Below are positions 62,863 through 64,000 of a stretch of 64,000 nt of DNA, in pieces. The stretch is from Clostridia bacterium (GTDB lineage Bacteria > Bacillota > Clostridia > Christensenellales > CAG-314): positions 17,066 through 81,065 of the forward strand of contig JAFTHP010000014.1 of the NCBI GenBank assembly GCA_017457305.1. Reading direction: 5' to 3'. A program made the translations under genes and the position numbers. The notes beneath the pieces are model-generated. The model was given only the letters and a program-made list of their open reading frames with translations, did not search any database and was not told the DNA's origin. Each line of letters starts with the position of its first letter. The first letter of the stretch is position 1.

Positions 62863-64000
62863 ATGCTTCAACAAAACAAAAAAATTACATACACAGCACA
62901 GCACTATTCTAATGCCGAAACAGTGGGCGTTGTGCAAGATACAACAGTATTTGTTCCCAACATGATTGTGGGAGAAGTGGCTACTGTTCGTGTTGACTAC
63001 GTCAAGCGCTCTGTTGCATTTGGAACGGTAGAAAAGGTACTAAAGTGTTCAACTAAACGCGTTAAACCGCCCTGCAAGCACTTTGGCAAGTGTGGTGGTT
63101 GTGCGCTTATGCATATGAGTTACGACGAACAGTTGGTGTTCAAAACAACCAAGGTTCGAAACAATCTTGCCAAGATTGGCAAGCTCAATTGCGAAGTGTT
63201 GCCTTGTGTTGCCAGCCCAAAAGTGTTGGGTTACCGCAACAAGCTTAGCCTTCCCGTGTGCGGAAGCAAAGGTAAGGTACGCATTGGTATGTATCAACGT
63301 AACTCCCACTACGTAGTGGATATGGACAACTGTATGTTGGGCGCAGATTGGTCCAATGCCGTTGTTAGGGTGTGTAGACAGTTCTTCAACGACAGCAACC
63401 TTGTGCCATACAATCAAAAGGATTTTTCCGGGCAAATTAGACACATCGTTGCCAGATACGTTGATAGTCAACTACTGCTTACTGTAGTTACCAATGGTAT
63501 TTTCAATATCAACTGGCAACCGCTAATAAAAGGACTTACCAAGCACTTTGGCAATAGTTTTGGTCTTTTTGTCAATATCAACACACTTCACAACAATGTC
63601 ATTTTGGGTGCAAAAACGCAGCACGTTTATGGATTGACGCATATTTCGTCCAATCATTTTGGCGTTCAGTTCAAGCTTGCACCAAATAGCTTTTTCCAAG
63701 TTAACGATGGCGTAAAGGACGGAATCTATGCCAAGGCAAAGGAACTGCTCAACACTTCCAACACTCAGGTGCTGGTAGATTGCTTTAGCGGAATTGGCAT
63801 TTTGTCCAATGCGTTGGCTAGCCCCAACTACGACACCTATGCTATCGAAATTGAACCGTCAGCAGTAGAGGATGCCGAACAAATCCGCCTGCTCAACAAC
63901 ACTCCCTGTTTGACAAATATCTTGGGTGACGTAAAGGTGGAGTTGCCCAAACTAACTCAACAAAACAAGGGCAAAAATATTTCTCTTGTTGTGGATCCCC
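62863..64000 (+). CDS. 23S rRNA (uracil-C5)-methyltransferase, RumA/RlmD type; 3' end lies beyond the window
   Basis: It is absent from the ORF track because there is no stop in the window. My own translation is MLQQNKKITYTAQHYSNAE...VATVRVDYVKRSVAFGTVEKVL (TRAM-like) ...CKHFGKCGGCALMHMSYDEQ (Fe-S cysteine cluster). Confidence 0.75.
   Translation, partial: MLQQNKKITYTAQHYSNAETVGVVQDTTVFVPNMIVGEVATVRVDYVKRSVAFGTVEKVLKCSTKRVKPPCKHFGKCGGCALMHMSYDEQLVFKTTKVRNNLAKIGKLNCEVLPCVASPKVLGYRNKLSLPVCGSKGKVRIGMYQRNSHYVVDMDNCMLGADWSNAVVRVCRQFFNDSNLVPYNQKDFSGQIRHIVARYVDSQLLLTVVTNGIFNINWQPLIKGLTKHFGNSFGLFVNINTLHNNVILGAKTQHVYGLTHISSNHFGVQFKLAPNSFFQVNDGVKDGIYAKAKELLNTSNTQVLVDCFSGIGILSNALASPNYDTYAIEIEPSAVEDAEQIRLLNNTPCLTNILGDVKVELPKLTQQNKGKNISLVVDP

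Overview
This window reads as a chromosomal segment from a moderately AT-rich Bacillota (Clostridia-like) genome. I call about 52 protein genes, three tRNA genes, one cobalamin riboswitch and many hairpin/T-run terminators. The tRNAs are Ser-GGA, Arg-CCU and Ser-UGA, all on the minus strand, and each sits behind a near-consensus TTGACx-N17-TATAAT promoter. I saw no rRNA, CRISPR array, transposase or integrase gene. Most genes are housekeeping: split transketolase, pyruvate kinase, PPi-dependent PFK, ProRS, MurB, WhiA, DnaE, pseudouridine catabolism, GH4 and GH36 glycosidases, ManA, heterodimeric ABC exporters and a two-component system. The unusual content falls in three places. (1) Each tRNA gene is followed by exact 19-21-nt copies of its own 3' end. 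These copies bracket 145-184-bp modules that carry their own terminator. The unit is tandemly repeated at tRNA-Arg. At tRNA-Ser(UGA) it is nested in a 1.07-kb AT-rich islet that holds an orphan gene and a 12-bp-motif/hairpin array. Together these look like a family of miniature integrative elements with no recombinase of their own (CIME-like). (2) Between tRNA-Ser(GGA) and tRNA-Arg lies a SipW/TasA-type operon whose archaeal-type signal peptidase is fused to a roughly 250-aa cytoplasmic tail of unknown function. (3) An ECF sigma/anti-sigma pair comes with a lipoprotein that is paralogous to the anti-sigma ectodomain. It is followed by a CotH-kinase lipoprotein carrying four 33-aa, seven-Cys repeats, and by a convergent membrane protein rich in Ser/Thr/Tyr. 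I cannot tell which of these, if any, is a truly new system. All homology statements come from motif recognition by eye; no database search, folding or statistics were run.
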